NCBI GenBank assembly: GCA_038824035.1
Contig: JAWBBW010000006.1
Coordinates: forward strand, 1 to 64,000
DNA from: Desulfurococcaceae archaeon
Lineage (GTDB): Archaea; Thermoproteota; Thermoprotei_A; Sulfolobales; Desulfurococcaceae
Reading direction: 5' to 3'
Length of the DNA: 64,000 nt
Part shown: in pieces, positions 41,186 to 51,300 of the stretch
Position numbering within the stretch: position 1 is the stretch's first letter
Layout of the letters: each line of letters begins with the position of its first letter
Notes under the pieces: generated by a model
Told to the model about the DNA's origin: nothing
The model's database searches: none
The model's input: the letters and a program-made list of their open reading frames with translations, nothing else
Program-made: the position numbers and the translations under genes

Positions 41186-41428
41186 ATGCCAGAACTTAAA
41201 CATAATATAGAGACTAAAAAGTACTTCGTAAACCCACATAAGGGTATAAACATAGAGTATGATAGGCAAAGCGATATATTATATATACATTTTGACATTG
41301 ATACAGAGGAAGCTGATGAAGAAGTTTTAAGTGAGGATGGTGAGGTGGCTTTTAGAATTAGGAAAGGCGAAGTGGTATCCATAATGATTTTAAACCTCAG
41401 CAATAAGATAGGCGGATATATAATATAG
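41186..41428 (+). CDS. DUF2283-like small protein
   Basis: IEYDRQSDILYIHF...GEVVSIMIL. Confidence 0.65.
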   Translation: MPELKHNIETKKYFVNPHKGINIEYDRQSDILYIHFDIDTEEADEEVLSEDGEVAFRIRKGEVVSIMILNLSNKIGGYII

Positions 41429-41553
41429 GGCTAGGTAATAATTCATAAAATTCTTGTTGTTTTGCTTTGATTTTGATCATATCATAATGTTTTCCATTAA
41501 GATAATGACCATTTTATATTTATTTGAGAGAAAGCAATCCTTATTATAATTAG

Positions 41554-42630
41554 GTGTATCTTGTAATGAGATATCCTATGATCATAAGATCGGTTTGGTT
41601 CGACGAAAATACCAGAGAAGTGTGTTGGCTTAATACACTTAAACTACCGTTTTCAGAAGAGGTGATCTGCTCTAAGGATCCCGTCAGAGTTGCTAACGCG
41701 ATAAAGAACATGGAAATTCGAGGGGCCCCTGCCATAGGTGTTGCTGCTGCTCTAGCTATCGCAGCATATGCAATAGAACTATCTCATAAACCCCCAGATG
41801 ATTTTTACTCTGAGATCAATCGTGCAATCCATACACTTCTCCACACAAGGCCTACTGCATATAACTTGTTTTACGCCATAGCCAGGGTACAAAGAGTGAT
41901 CGAAGTTGGTATTAAGAACAACTATCCGATAGAATTAATAGTTGATAAAACAGTAAACGAAGCGCTAAATATCATGAGAGAAGATATAGAGTCAAATATT
42001 AAGATCGGCGAGTATGGGTCACAACTGATCCCAGATAACGCCACTATATTGACTCATTGTAATGCTGGGGCATTGGCAACTTCAGCCTATGGAACTGCGC
42101 TGGCTGTTATAAGAATGGCTTGGTATAGCGGCAAGAAGATCAAGGTGATTGCAACAGAGACCCGACCTCTTCTACAAGGTGCTAGACTCACTGTCTATGA
42201 ATTAATGAAAGAGGGTATACCTGTTAAATTAATAACGGACAACATGGCAGGCTATTTAATGAGAAGAAAGTTAATAGATCTCGTAATAGTTGGCGCCGAT
42301 AGAATTACTAAAGATGGATATGTAGTGAATAAGATCGGGACGTATATGCATGCGTTGGCGGCTAAGAGAAACAACATTCCGTTTTATGTAGCTGCACCCA
42401 CTAGCACAATTGACATTGAGAGAACGATTGATCAGATCATAATAGAGGAAAGGGATCCCAACGAGGTCAAATACATCGTGGATAAGTTAATAACACTTAA
42501 AGAAGTTGATGCCATTAACTATGCATTTGACATAACAGATCCCGATCTAGTCACGGCCATCATCACCGAGAAAGGCGTAATAAGACCACCTTATGCAGAG
42601 AATATCGAGAAGTTGATGAAAACCAGGTAG
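41554..42630 (+). CDS. mtnA: Methylthioribose-1-phosphate isomerase (eIF2B family)
   Basis: IRGAPAIG, RPTAYNL, THCNAGALAT, ETRPLLQGARLT, NKIGT. Confidence 0.9.
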   Translation: MYLVMRYPMIIRSVWFDENTREVCWLNTLKLPFSEEVICSKDPVRVANAIKNMEIRGAPAIGVAAALAIAAYAIELSHKPPDDFYSEINRAIHTLLHTRPTAYNLFYAIARVQRVIEVGIKNNYPIELIVDKTVNEALNIMREDIESNIKIGEYGSQLIPDNATILTHCNAGALATSAYGTALAVIRMAWYSGKKIKVIATETRPLLQGARLTVYELMKEGIPVKLITDNMAGYLMRRKLIDLVIVGADRITKDGYVVNKIGTYMHALAAKRNNIPFYVAAPTSTIDIERTIDQIIIEERDPNEVKYIVDKLITLKEVDAINYAFDITDPDLVTAIITEKGVIRPPYAENIEKLMKTR

Positions 42631-42674
42631 TAAAGCGTGTTATATTTTAGGCCCATAATTAGTTAATTAACATG

Positions 42675-42732
42675 GTGATGAGCGCCCTATCCATGGACTC
42701 GTGTTAGGATGAAGTCGCCGAACCCTGGCTGA
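42675..42732 (+). ncRNA. C/D box guide sRNA candidate (tRNA D-loop target)
   Basis: C GTGATGA, D' TGGA, C' AGGATGA, D CTGA; guide GCGCCCTATCC is complementary to 22460-22470 in tRNA-Arg. Confidence 0.75.
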
Positions 42733-42734
42733 GC

Positions 42735-43505
42735 TTAAAACACGTTAAAGATTCTTTTCTCCTTTAACATTTCTTTTAAACTCAGAGCATTATCCAACAT
42801 TTTCACGTTGTTAAACATAACAAACCCCTCCTTGAACTCCTCTTCTCTTAACATGTTGATTAAATTACCTAGGTCTTCATGTGTATAATTATAACGATAA
42901 TTAACCTCATCTTTGCCCAAACCATGTAGCCTTGTGTAGAAAATTCCACCCGGTTTGTTCAAAGGTCTGTGTCTAAAAACATCAACAACATGTATTATTT
43001 CATATTTACTGAGTATATCTTTTAGCTTCGCGCTTTTTGCCCACTCCCCTCTTGGTTCCCATCCATAGCATATGTTTTTATCTCTAAATGAACGTGTTCT
43101 TTCAAAAAACTCCATAACCCATTTAACCACTTGTTCATTATATGGCATATTTGGCGGTGTTTGAAACACCACGATCTTGGCATTCAATACCCTGGCGATC
43201 TCCATGGTTTCCTCTAACGCATTCATGTTCTCCTTGCTGGGTTTTAAAAACCCATAATTACTTAGATCTCCGGGTAGTTTTCTTTTCATTCTTTTCCAAG
43301 TAAGTGATGTGGAAGGATGTGTAATGGCTTGAAAGGCCTTCATTGTAAATATGAATCCAGGTGGTGCATTTTTTCTGAGCTCATTTGCCCACTCCTTGCT
43401 AGGTAGTTCGTAAAAAGTATTCTGCAATTCGACGACATTGAATAATTTGTAGTATTTATTCCTCGCACATGGAAACCCGCAACAACCAATATATACATTC
43501 TTCAA
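42735..43505 (-). CDS. DUF72 family protein
   Basis: VELQNTFY, FTMKA, FQTP, WEPRG, RLHG, FNN. Confidence 0.9.
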   Translation of the reverse strand: MKNVYIGCCGFPCARNKYYKLFNVVELQNTFYELPSKEWANELRKNAPPGFIFTMKAFQAITHPSTSLTWKRMKRKLPGDLSNYGFLKPSKENMNALEETMEIARVLNAKIVVFQTPPNMPYNEQVVKWVMEFFERTRSFRDKNICYGWEPRGEWAKSAKLKDILSKYEIIHVVDVFRHRPLNKPGGIFYTRLHGLGKDEVNYRYNYTHEDLGNLINMLREEEFKEGFVMFNNVKMLDNALSLKEMLKEKRIFNVF

Positions 43506-43610
43506 ATCAACGCGTCACCGCTATACCTTCACGTCTTAACATAAGTGAAATAAAAGTATGGTAATATCGAAATCTTGTTTTGCTATTATGACTGAGTGAT
43601 AATCATGACA

Positions 43611-44057
43611 CTATGTGCTTAATTTAACTATTTCAGCGTTTTTCACCGGTTCTAGTTTCTTGAGTTCGCCAACTATGACCTCTGGGTTTGTGCTTTCGCT
43701 TTTGCTTAGATCAATTATCATTTCACACTCACCCATTTCCTCTCTTTTAAGTACGATACATTTTGTCGACACAATGTCAATGTTTAATCCAGCTAAGAAC
43801 CTCGTTAACTCTGCTAATACACCAATCCTGTCCTCGACGTATACCCTTAACTTAGCGAGTTTCGCCGCGACAGGCAAAGGTACGAGTCTTATCTCGCGAG
43901 AATTCTTATTGGCGATCATAAGCATGTACATACCCTCTCTTATGTCAAAAAGCTCTCTTATTGCGATGGGAATCGTTATTCTACCTTTTGAATCGACTTT
44001 TACGGTCTCCTCTATCGTGGACACGAAACCACCTGTTATTCGTAGTGGTGGCATCAT
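43611..44057 (-). CDS. AbrB-ACT domain transcriptional regulator
   Basis: KVDSKGRITIP (AbrB) plus EDRIGVLAEL (ACT). Confidence 0.85.
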   Translation of the reverse strand: MMPPLRITGGFVSTIEETVKVDSKGRITIPIAIRELFDIREGMYMLMIANKNSREIRLVPLPVAAKLAKLRVYVEDRIGVLAELTRFLAGLNIDIVSTKCIVLKREEMGECEMIIDLSKSESTNPEVIVGELKKLEPVKNAEIVKLST

Positions 44058-44106
44058 TATCCCACTCTGTTTTTCCCCTTAATATTATTTTCCTTGAACT
44101 TCTTCA

Positions 44107-44916
44107 TTATATCTCGAAAGGTATTACAGCAAGCACCTTTACATTGTAATCCAGTAGTCTATCTTTCCACAAGGTGCCAAGCCCCATTACTGCTATAATA
44201 TCCACTATTTCTGCTCTCGATTTACTGATCACTTGTAACGCCGATTCTAAAGTCCTGCCAGTGTAAACTATATCTGTTAACACTAAGACTTTGTCCCGTC
44301 TACCGATAAGATCTTTATCTAAGTATAATGTCTCCACATCCTTAGGACTACGCATCAGCGTACCACTGTAGTATTGTATCCCAGGGTAACTCTTTCTCTT
44401 CATGAGAATGGTGGATGCGTTAAATTCTAATGCCAGTACAGTGGCTAATGGTAAGACGCTTTCCGTGACTGCTATTATCCTGGTAATTTCTTTATCAGCC
44501 AACTCCAACAATATTATTACCGAGAGTAAGCGTATAATATATGGGTCTTTCAATACTCTCAATAGATCTATTATTGGGGTTTTCTCGCGTTCAACGATAT
44601 CTCTGAGTATATCGCTTATGTTAATAGACAGGGCTATTCTAGCTAATATATGTGATGCCTGTTCGAAACTAGGTATTACACTTCCTCTAACATATCTACA
44701 TAACATCGATTCTGGAATACCTGTTAACTCGTATAGATCTCTGTATGATAGATTTGGCTTTAATAATCTAAGCACTTCACACGCCATTAATCGCATCCGC
44801 ATTTTATCCGCTTTGCTCTTGGAATGCACTTTTCTCAATTTCTCTGCAAACGCTCTGATATCGTTTTCGCTGGGTCGTCGGACAACTAATACCCTACCTC
44901 TCTTTACCCTAAACAA
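44107..44916 (-). CDS. HTH-phosphoribosyltransferase-fold (PurR-like) regulator
   Basis: SYRDLYELTGIPESMLCRYVRG HTH; degenerate PRPP motif VLVLTDIVYTGRT. Confidence 0.75.
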   Translation of the reverse strand: MFRVKRGRVLVVRRPSENDIRAFAEKLRKVHSKSKADKMRMRLMACEVLRLLKPNLSYRDLYELTGIPESMLCRYVRGSVIPSFEQASHILARIALSINISDILRDIVEREKTPIIDLLRVLKDPYIIRLLSVIILLELADKEITRIIAVTESVLPLATVLALEFNASTILMKRKSYPGIQYYSGTLMRSPKDVETLYLDKDLIGRRDKVLVLTDIVYTGRTLESALQVISKSRAEIVDIIAVMGLGTLWKDRLLDYNVKVLAVIPFEI

Positions 44917-44972
44917 GTAAATCTCCCCGATATAGTTAGTTTTAATTAAGAATTTAAAGATATTATTTTACG

Positions 44973-45037
44973 GCGATGAGCGGGGTTTTAAGTGCTGATA
45001 ACATTTATTAATCCATGAGGAAAAACCCACGCGGCGA
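44973..45037 (+). ncRNA. C/D box guide sRNA candidate
   Basis: C GCGATGA 44973-79, D' CTGA 44995-98, C' ATGAGGA 45015-21, D GCGA 45034-37; TTTAA elements upstream. Confidence 0.55.
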
Positions 45038-45059
45038 GCTTCTACCTTGGTGAGATATT

Positions 45060-45491
45060 TTGTGCAAACACGATGACACATTCGAGAAATTAGGGGTGGA
45101 AAAGAAAATTATTCATAGAATTTTCGATGAAGCCGTTGTTTCTGGGAAGGAATATGTGAAAATATGTCGAAAATGTGGCGATATAAATATATGCGTATAT
45201 GCAAATATCACATCTGAAGATATTGAGCCATGTATTAAAACGCTTGCATTATCCGTTCTAATGTCTAGTGAAAAGGAACTAGACAGCTTCATGCTGGCAC
45301 TCTTTAAGTACTCACATATTATAATCAGTAAGAAGGGGTTTGTTGAATTCTATATACCGAGGGAATATGCTATTGGTGTATATTATGGTACATGTAAAGA
45401 TACATCAATGGATTGGGATGTTTTCGAACTCCTAGAATACGAAGACATAGCACACTTAATTGGCGATGAAAATGATAATATTGAAAACTAG
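45060..45491 (+). CDS. Hypothetical protein
   Basis: 143-aa ORF with GGTGA SD; overlaps the xpb start. Confidence 0.55.
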   Translation: MCKHDDTFEKLGVEKKIIHRIFDEAVVSGKEYVKICRKCGDINICVYANITSEDIEPCIKTLALSVLMSSEKELDSFMLALFKYSHIIISKKGFVEFYIPREYAIGVYYGTCKDTSMDWDVFELLEYEDIAHLIGDENDNIEN

Positions 45492-47124
45492 AAAATGGCT
45501 AACGGATAGCGAGTTCAAGGAGATATTGAAAATAGCTGATTACATAGGGTATGAAAATGGGTATAAAAGATTTGTATTGAATATGGAAAAGGCGTTTAGA
45601 AACCTATACACGGTTGAGGATGTATTAGAGTTAATTAAATATTACCAACTTGATACAGAGAACTCCATTGAGGATATTAGAAAAGAGTTAGAAGAGTTTA
45701 GCGTAGACATGGAGTGGGATTCTATAAAAGGCGTTGTAAAAATCAGAGCCCCTAAGCAAATGTACACTTTGCTGAAATCCCTTATCCACCCTATTGGTGG
45801 GAAGCTTATATCCAGTACTGAAACCTATATTTTATTTGAACTCTTTCCCTATAGATTACATGAACTTGAAAAAATATTGAGAAACCATAAAATACCCGTC
45901 AAAGACCCCGTTGGATTATTAAGTGAAAAGAAGCTGGCATTCGCTCCGAGATTGAAAGACATCGTGTTGAGGGATTATCAGAAAGAGGCTCTTGATAAAT
46001 GGGTTGAAAATCAGTTCAAGGGGATTATCGCGTTGCCAACAGGGTCAGGTAAAACTATTATAGGAGTGGCAGCGATCGTGAAAACATCGGCCAGAACTCT
46101 GATCATAGTATATACAAAAGAGCAAATGTTTCAATGGAAAGATTTCATACTAAGGAACACTGATATACCTCAATCCTCAATAGGCCTATTTCACAGTGAG
46201 GAAAAGAAATTAGCTCCTATAACCATCACCACATATCAGAGTGGGTTTAGGAACATCAACATGCTATCACCATTTTTCGACTTATTAATTGTAGACGAAG
46301 TCCACCATTTACCTGCTGATAAATTTAAACATATAGCAATGCACAGTATTGCCAAATACAGAATGGGTTTATCGGCAACACCTATTAGGGAAGATGGTAA
46401 ACATGAAGAGTTGTTCCCATTATTGGGCGGTGTTGTATATTATAAAACCCCTAGTGAACTGTCGGAAGCTGGATATTTAGCACCATATCGTATAGAGACT
46501 GTCAGAGTTAATTTACTGAAAGAGGAATTTAAGCTATACCAAGAATTGAGGAAGAAATTTCACTCAATAGCTGGGAATAAGGATTTTAAGCAAATAGTTG
46601 AAGCCGCTTTAAGAGGCGATGAAAGGGCTAGAGAAGCCTTAAAGATCCATAGTCAGATAAGGATGTTGTTATCCAGGTCAACGGCCAAGATAAATAAGGC
46701 AATTGAACTAGCCAGGATGGAGTATCACAGAAACAGTAAGATAATAATTTTTACACAGTATATTGATCAAGCCAAGGAGATAGCTGAGAAACTTGGCGCA
46801 CTCCTACTTACAGGTGAAACACCTAGTTATGAAAGGAAAAAAGTGCTAGAAGAGTTCAAGAAATTGGATCGTGGCATATTAGTTGTAACAACTGTGGGAG
46901 ATGAAGGCCTCGATATACCAGATGCAAATGTAGGTATAATAGTCTCAGGCACAGGATCGAGGAGACAATTTACACAGAGATTAGGGAGATTGTTAAGACC
47001 TAAACCAAATGGCGGTGAGGCTGTCCTATATGAAATAGTTCTAGCTAGAACATCTGAGGAGTTTCAAGCACGTAGAAGGAAAAATATTGATATGCAATTA
47101 TATTTTGATGAAGGTTCTACTTGA
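45460..47124 (+). CDS. xpb: XPB/Rad25-like SF2 DNA helicase
   Basis: LPTGSGKT, DEVHH, GLSATPIRED (RED motif), QRLGRLLR. Confidence 0.9.
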   Translation: MAMKMIILKTRKWLTDSEFKEILKIADYIGYENGYKRFVLNMEKAFRNLYTVEDVLELIKYYQLDTENSIEDIRKELEEFSVDMEWDSIKGVVKIRAPKQMYTLLKSLIHPIGGKLISSTETYILFELFPYRLHELEKILRNHKIPVKDPVGLLSEKKLAFAPRLKDIVLRDYQKEALDKWVENQFKGIIALPTGSGKTIIGVAAIVKTSARTLIIVYTKEQMFQWKDFILRNTDIPQSSIGLFHSEEKKLAPITITTYQSGFRNINMLSPFFDLLIVDEVHHLPADKFKHIAMHSIAKYRMGLSATPIREDGKHEELFPLLGGVVYYKTPSELSEAGYLAPYRIETVRVNLLKEEFKLYQELRKKFHSIAGNKDFKQIVEAALRGDERAREALKIHSQIRMLLSRSTAKINKAIELARMEYHRNSKIIIFTQYIDQAKEIAEKLGALLLTGETPSYERKKVLEEFKKLDRGILVVTTVGDEGLDIPDANVGIIVSGTGSRRQFTQRLGRLLRPKPNGGEAVLYEIVLARTSEEFQARRRKNIDMQLYFDEGST

Positions 47125-47817
47125 TTCAAACATGGATATGAAATCTATCACAAAATAGTGAGCGAAATCGCTGATCTTGCGTGAACATGCCTTATTTATA
47201 TATAGGATTGGTTTTTTATCGATCATAGTCACATATACCAAAGGTATAACTGTGGTTTGATATAAACAAATAGCTATAACCCTTGTGTTCTTTCTCCAAA
47301 ACTCCTCGAGTACATTATATGGTATATGTGATGTCGTGTATCCAAATACATTTGGAGGTATTATAGTTGAGTAATTTACTACTAAAACGTTATCACAATC
47401 TATTGAATCCCTGTTTTCCACTTTGATCTCAAATCTGTCCTCACAATGATATCCATGTTTTTCTATATTACTGAATACTTCATTTAGAAATGATATATCT
47501 AATTTAACATAGTCAAGCCAGGAATCGCGGCTAACAATATAATGCGGAGTTATTTGTAAATATCCACTGATCTTATCTAATATCCCAGAATCTTCGAGTA
47601 TAATGTTGAATGGCGATAATGCTATTGTATATGGACGCCCTGCGATAAACACATCCACTGAACCGGGGGCCTTTAAAACGCCTATCCATTCCACAGTATT
47701 AATCAACGATTTTAATAGTTTTATAAATATATTGTATGAGAGATTGAAGGCCTCTATTATAACCCAGCCCGCTTGAACTCGAGGCAATTTTCCATCCATT
47801 ACCAAAGAGATCATCAT
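47098..47817 (-). CDS. Hypothetical protein
   Basis: 239-aa ORF filling the gap downstream of alba1; no recognised motif. Confidence 0.55.
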   Translation of the reverse strand: MMISLVMDGKLPRVQAGWVIIEAFNLSYNIFIKLLKSLINTVEWIGVLKAPGSVDVFIAGRPYTIALSPFNIILEDSGILDKISGYLQITPHYIVSRDSWLDYVKLDISFLNEVFSNIEKHGYHCEDRFEIKVENRDSIDCDNVLVVNYSTIIPPNVFGYTTSHIPYNVLEEFWRKNTRVIAICLYQTTVIPLVYVTMIDKKPILYINKACSRKISDFAHYFVIDFISMFESSRTFIKI

Positions 47818-47866
47818 TGAAATGTAAAGATGCTGGGAAAAAGTTGGATGTTGTATGTTAAGCTCG

Positions 47867-48160
47867 TTATTCTTCTTTTACCTTTAGTTTTATTTCAATT
47901 ATACTAACTCTTGTTTCCTTGCCTTGTGGATTTGTTAGTGTTTGGCTACCAATTTTTATGTCCTCTACATCTACTTTTCCAGGTAGGAACCTGTTTCTTA
48001 TTATTTCCACTGTGTCTACAGCCTTGCTAATGGCTCTACCACGTGCCTTTATATATATTTCCTTTACTCCCTGATGCACTAGGGTTAATACTGCTATAAC
48101 ATAATTCATTACGGGTTTCTTACCAACTAACACGGTATTTGCACTTTGTGGTTGCGCCAT
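47867..48160 (-). CDS. albA: DNA/RNA-binding chromatin protein Alba 1
   Basis: [28 protein letters not shown]. Confidence 0.96.
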   Translation of the reverse strand: MAQPQSANTVLVGKKPVMNYVIAVLTLVHQGVKEIYIKARGRAISKAVDTVEIIRNRFLPGKVDVEDIKIGSQTLTNPQGKETRVSIIEIKLKVKEE

Positions 48161-48320
48161 AGTTCCAACCCCGTGTTTTATTATTTTATACTGATTTTAC
48201 ATTGAAATGAAAAATTGAAAATAAAAACTTTTCTGTCTATTCTGCTTTAATTGTAGAGTGTTATGTTTTCCTATATTTTAAAACATTTCACCATTGCGTA
48301 ATGAACTAATGGGATTATAA

Positions 48321-51300
48321 TTGAACACTGTAGACCCGGTATACAGAAACATGTGCCCTCTCTGTGGAGGCGATATATTGGCAAGCGAGCTGAGGACTAC
48401 TGGCTCGTGCCTTAGGTGTTTCAACGTTAGAAAAGACAACATGGTTATAACAATGGCTTATAGCGATTTATTTAGGAAAGAAGAAGAGGAATTTGTAGAA
48501 TTCTTTAAAAAAGCAACAAATGGCTTAGTGCCATGGGGGGCTCAAAGGACATGGGTTAAGAGGATATTGAGTGGTGAAAACACCGTATTGATCGCCCCTA
48601 CGGGCATGGGTAAAACCACGTTGTTGTTAATATATGCGTTATACATCGCTATTCATAATAAGAAGGTGCTCTATCTCGCACCTACAAAAGCCCTGGCCAA
48701 ACAAATCTACCAAAAACTATTTGTGTATGGAAATAATTGTGGGGCAAACAATCTCAAGATCTTATTTTACGATTCCTCGTTATCGAAGAAAAAGAGAGAG
48801 TATTTGTTGAAACAAATCGAAGAAGGTGATTTTAAAATACTGGTTTCGACAAATAGCTTCCTAGCTAGGAGATTTGATTTATTGAGCAGAAACGCCATAG
48901 ATGTAATACTCGTAGATGATGTTGATAGCTTGATAAGGAGTGAGAAAAACACTGTTAAGCTATTAAAGCTAATGGGTTATGATGAGGAAATAATACAGTT
49001 AGCGAAGAAAAGGATGAATATCTTGTGGAAACTACTGGTTTCGCAAACTATGGGTAACAAGGACTGTACTTCGTTGATTAAAGAACTCCTTGAAATAGAT
49101 AATAGAATCAACAATTATATCATAAATAAGAAAAAGGTACAAGTTATAATAGCATCAGCCACTGGGAGAACGAGAGGGATTATTGGCAAAGTTTTACGAG
49201 ATCTGCTTAGAATAGATATCTCTGGTATAACAATATATGGAAGAGATGTCACGGATTCGTACATATTAATTGATTTAAAAGATATTGAACAATTCTTAGT
49301 CAACGTTATCAAATCATTGGGGAAGGGGGGGATAATATACATATCGCCCAGACATCCATATAGAGATTTCTTCCTCAAAGCGCTGAACAAGGTCATGGAG
49401 ATCTTAAGTAAAAATGGCTTTAGAATAGATACTGCAACACCACATAATGTGATCAGGTTGATAAACGGAGAACTAGACTTGTTAATTGGCTCGTCTAGTT
49501 ACTATGGATCGAGTGTTAGAGGTATTGATGCCCCAGAAAACATTAGATACGTGGTTTTCGTGGGAACACCGTTGTTCAATATCAAGGTTGAAGCATTTCT
49601 AGCAAATCCGAACATGTTGATAAGAACAATGATGGAGATAGCCAATATTGAAAAGCAAAACGATATTCGTATAAGTGCTAATCATTTGCGCAAAATAATA
49701 TATAACATGAGCCCCAGCGAGTTAAAGATTATGAAGTTGTGTTTAATGGGTAAAATACCAATAGATTCAATTATACAGAATGATTACCTCTATTCAAAAT
49801 TCCAAGAGATAAGTAAGTACTATGAGGAAGTATTAGCCAAGATCAAGACCATTTTAACTCATTATAAGGTGTTAAGAATTGGAACAATAACACTGGCCAT
49901 GATTACAGATAATGAATATGTCGCCCTTTTACCTGATGTCATGACGTATATACAAGCCAGTGGAAGGTCCAGTAGATTATATGGAAATAAGATGACGCAT
50001 GGCCTCTCCATTGTATTTGAGTGTAAAGAGTTGGCAAATCTTATCCACGGGCTTGAAACTAAGTTGAAAACCATAAACCGAGATATATCATTCTTAGAAT
50101 TCGATAAGCTAAACATTGAGAAAGAATTGAAAACAATTGATGATTCACGAAAGATGAATGAAGGAAACGAGCTTAAGTATAAATCAATCCTCGTGGTAGT
50201 TGAATCTCCTACAAAGGCTAAAACTATTGCCAGGTTCTTTGGTAAACCAGTGACTAGGAGAATGGGGGATGTGAGTGTATACGAAATACCGGCTAAGATA
50301 AATGATGAAATAATAGAGTTTAATATAGTAGCGACAAAGGGGCATATATTTGACTTAACCACAGATAACAATGGTATTTACGGTGTTAAGATAACTCATA
50401 ATATCATTTATCCCATTTACGAAACAATAAAGAAATGTAGAATGTGTGGTACACAGTTCACAACAGGCGATACATGTCCTAAATGTAAAAGCAGTGTATA
50501 TATTGATTCAAAAAGCATTATATATGTATTGAGAAAACTAGCCAATGAAGTCGATGAGGTCTATATAGCAACAGACCCTGATATTGAGGGTGAGAAAATA
50601 GCTTATGATGTATATGTATCTATTTCATCGATAAATAAAAACATATGGAGAATAGAACTACATGAGATAACTCCACAGGAGTTTCTACGTGCACTAGGAA
50701 AGAAAAGGGAAATAGATCTGAACTTAGTAGAAGCTGAAATCTATCGTAGAGTATTGGATAGATTAATTGGATTTAGTATAAGCAATGAAATTCAACGCCG
50801 ATATAAAAAGCGCTATCTCGGCGCAGGAAGAGTTCAAACACCAGTTCTGGGTATTATAATTGAGAGATATGATGAATATGTGAGGAACAAGGGTAAGAAA
50901 GCAATCATTGAGCTAGGGGAACCTTTAAATATTAGGCTCGGCTTTTTCATAGATGATTTAAATAGTGATATTATAAAGAACTCGAGAACCATTTTATTAG
51001 AAAAAATATGTGAACGAGAAGTAGAGATCTCTCCTAAGCCGCCTTACTCAACCGATGAGTTATTAGCCGATGCCAGCAAGTTGAATATACCAGTTGATAA
51101 AGCTATGAAGATCGCGCAAGAATTGTTCGAGGCCGGCCTAATTACATATCATAGGACAGACAGCAAGTATATTAGTTCAACTGGAATATCGATTGCCATG
51201 AAATACCTTGTGTTGAAAGGGCTTGATCTCTATGCTAAGCCGAGTCACTGGGATTCGCCAGGAACACATGAAGCGATAAGACCAACTTATCCATATGATG

